A stretch of 64,000 nucleotides of DNA from Acanthaster planci (Eukaryota): NCBI RefSeq assembly GCF_001949145.1, contig NW_019091355.1, positions 3,578,646 through 3,642,645 of the forward strand, in the 5' to 3' direction. The number at the start of each line of letters is the position of its first letter. Position 1 is the first letter of the stretch. Positions 62,570-64,000 of the stretch are shown piece after piece. A program made the translations under genes and the position numbers. The notes beneath the pieces were generated by a model. The model had not been told where the DNA came from. It ran no database searches and worked only from the letters and a program-made list of their open reading frames with translations.

Positions 62570-64000
62570 AGGTAACTTGATACAATGTGGCAGGTTTTAG
62601 CAGCAGATAGTTCAAACAGTGCTTTTAGCAATTCTCCAAGAAAACATCAAACAATTAATGCCCCGGGGAGGGGGGGACGAAGAATAAAACAATTTCATAA
62701 ATACACAGTGGGTGTTTATAAACATCGTTGGCAGAAAAAGGGTCCCGCTGGAGCATATCTGGATAAACTGTTGTCAATTTTCTATTCGATTTGTCACCGC
62801 CTTTAAAGACAAGGTCATCGGAAGTACTCAGCTCGTAAATGACGACAATGAGACTGGCATAATCTGGCCCTGACCACGTGTGCCCACTTTCTCCCCAGTT
62901 GGCATCTTTATCATCCCGTGATGTCTCTTTGGGAAGTGCATCGTTGTGACAGAAGGCAAACAAAATGGAAGGTAAATGCCTGACGGAACAACTCAATTTA
63001 GAAAAACACATAGAAAAATGACACCACCAAAAAAACAAAAACACATCTCAAGTGAAATAAACCCCCCAATATTGCAATTTTTGGTAAACAAGTCATGCAT
63101 CAGGTGCAAGGTGGCAAAAACCTCAAGAAGTACAGTGACCTTTCCCAAACTGCCCCTCCCCCCACTCCTCTTCAGAGCCAACAGGTGACACCCGTTATCA
63201 AAGCAGGAAAAGAAATGAAAATAACAGCCAGTCCTACAGAGTCAAAAGGTGGCTCAAGTTGTCAGAAACGAACATGGCATAAATCAGTCACCAATCCCGA
63301 ATAAATCTCTTCAAATTGCTTATTTTAGGTAAAGTGTGACTGCACTTTCAGCTCCCCCTCTTCCTTTATTCCCTCCTACTTTTTTTTTTCTTTTTGAGAG
63401 GTAAACAGACCTTGTTCCGATAATTACAATAATGCATCTATTGATATTGTGGTTGAGTGTGGCCAACAGTGCATGACCCATTGTCAGAGCAGAACCCACG
63501 CTGGGCACATCCGCAGAAAACTTGGGCTCTTCTCAGTGCAACACTCTCTCCCCTAGCCTCCTTTGATTTTGTTAGTGATCAAGAACAGTGAATCGGTTCC
63601 TCCCACCTCTCTGTCTATTGCAACCAACTTGTAAATGCAGATCCCACTTTAGTTTCCTCTCACTCGTTCTGGAGAGAGAAAAAAACTTTTTTGGGGGGAT
63701 GGGACGTAGGGGCAGCAAACATTTGCCTAACAAGTGGGGAGGAAAAAACCTGTTGAACTGAATTATTAAAACTATGTTAACAAGATTCCTTGAAGCTGGG
63801 GAGTCACTGAAGATGTGCAGGCTCTTTTGTTCACAACTGACCAATTTTCTGAACATGGCTGTTTCAGAACTTGTACATCTGTTGATTTACAGACCAGTAC
63901 ATATGCTGCCATAGACGACAGTGATAAATATCCACACTTCAAAAAGTCAGGGAAAATACAAGTTTCTCAGGTGTTCAAGAGACACATATCAAATTGAAGC

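Noticed and set aside
62392..62631. Repetitive ORFs / CRISPR-like array
   Set aside because: A head-to-tail 23-bp minisatellite without spacers, in a eukaryotic genome.

Overview
Intron-rich genomic DNA from an animal, most likely an invertebrate bilaterian and plausibly a non-vertebrate deuterostome (inferred from GC-rich third codon positions, AT-rich introns and the repeat content). I reconstructed four protein-coding genes by hand from GT-AG splice sites with consistent phases. (1) A complete PTPN13/PTP-BAS homologue on + (3769-37623; 42 coding exons including two candidate cassette exons, about 3465 aa; KIND-FERM-6xPDZ-PTP). (2) NFU1 on - (7 exons, 283 aa). (3) A 92-aa UPF0728/C10orf53 homologue on +, absent from the ORF track and head-to-head with NFU1. 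(4) The 3' end of a TCF/LEF gene on -, comprising the C-clamp exon and a terminal exon with an apparent 1-bp frameshift. Introns carry several non-autonomous DNA transposons (piggyBac-, hAT- and Tc1/mariner-type MITEs), two tRNA-SINE copies and minisatellites. The most unusual signals concern splicing. One is a 716-nt AG-free zone upstream of a PTPN13 cassette exon, beside a candidate truncating exon. Another is a hAT MITE inserted into a splice donor, rebuilding it. A third is a pair of tandem donors on the TCF C-clamp exon. There are no prokaryotic-type systems and no autonomous transposon ORFs.
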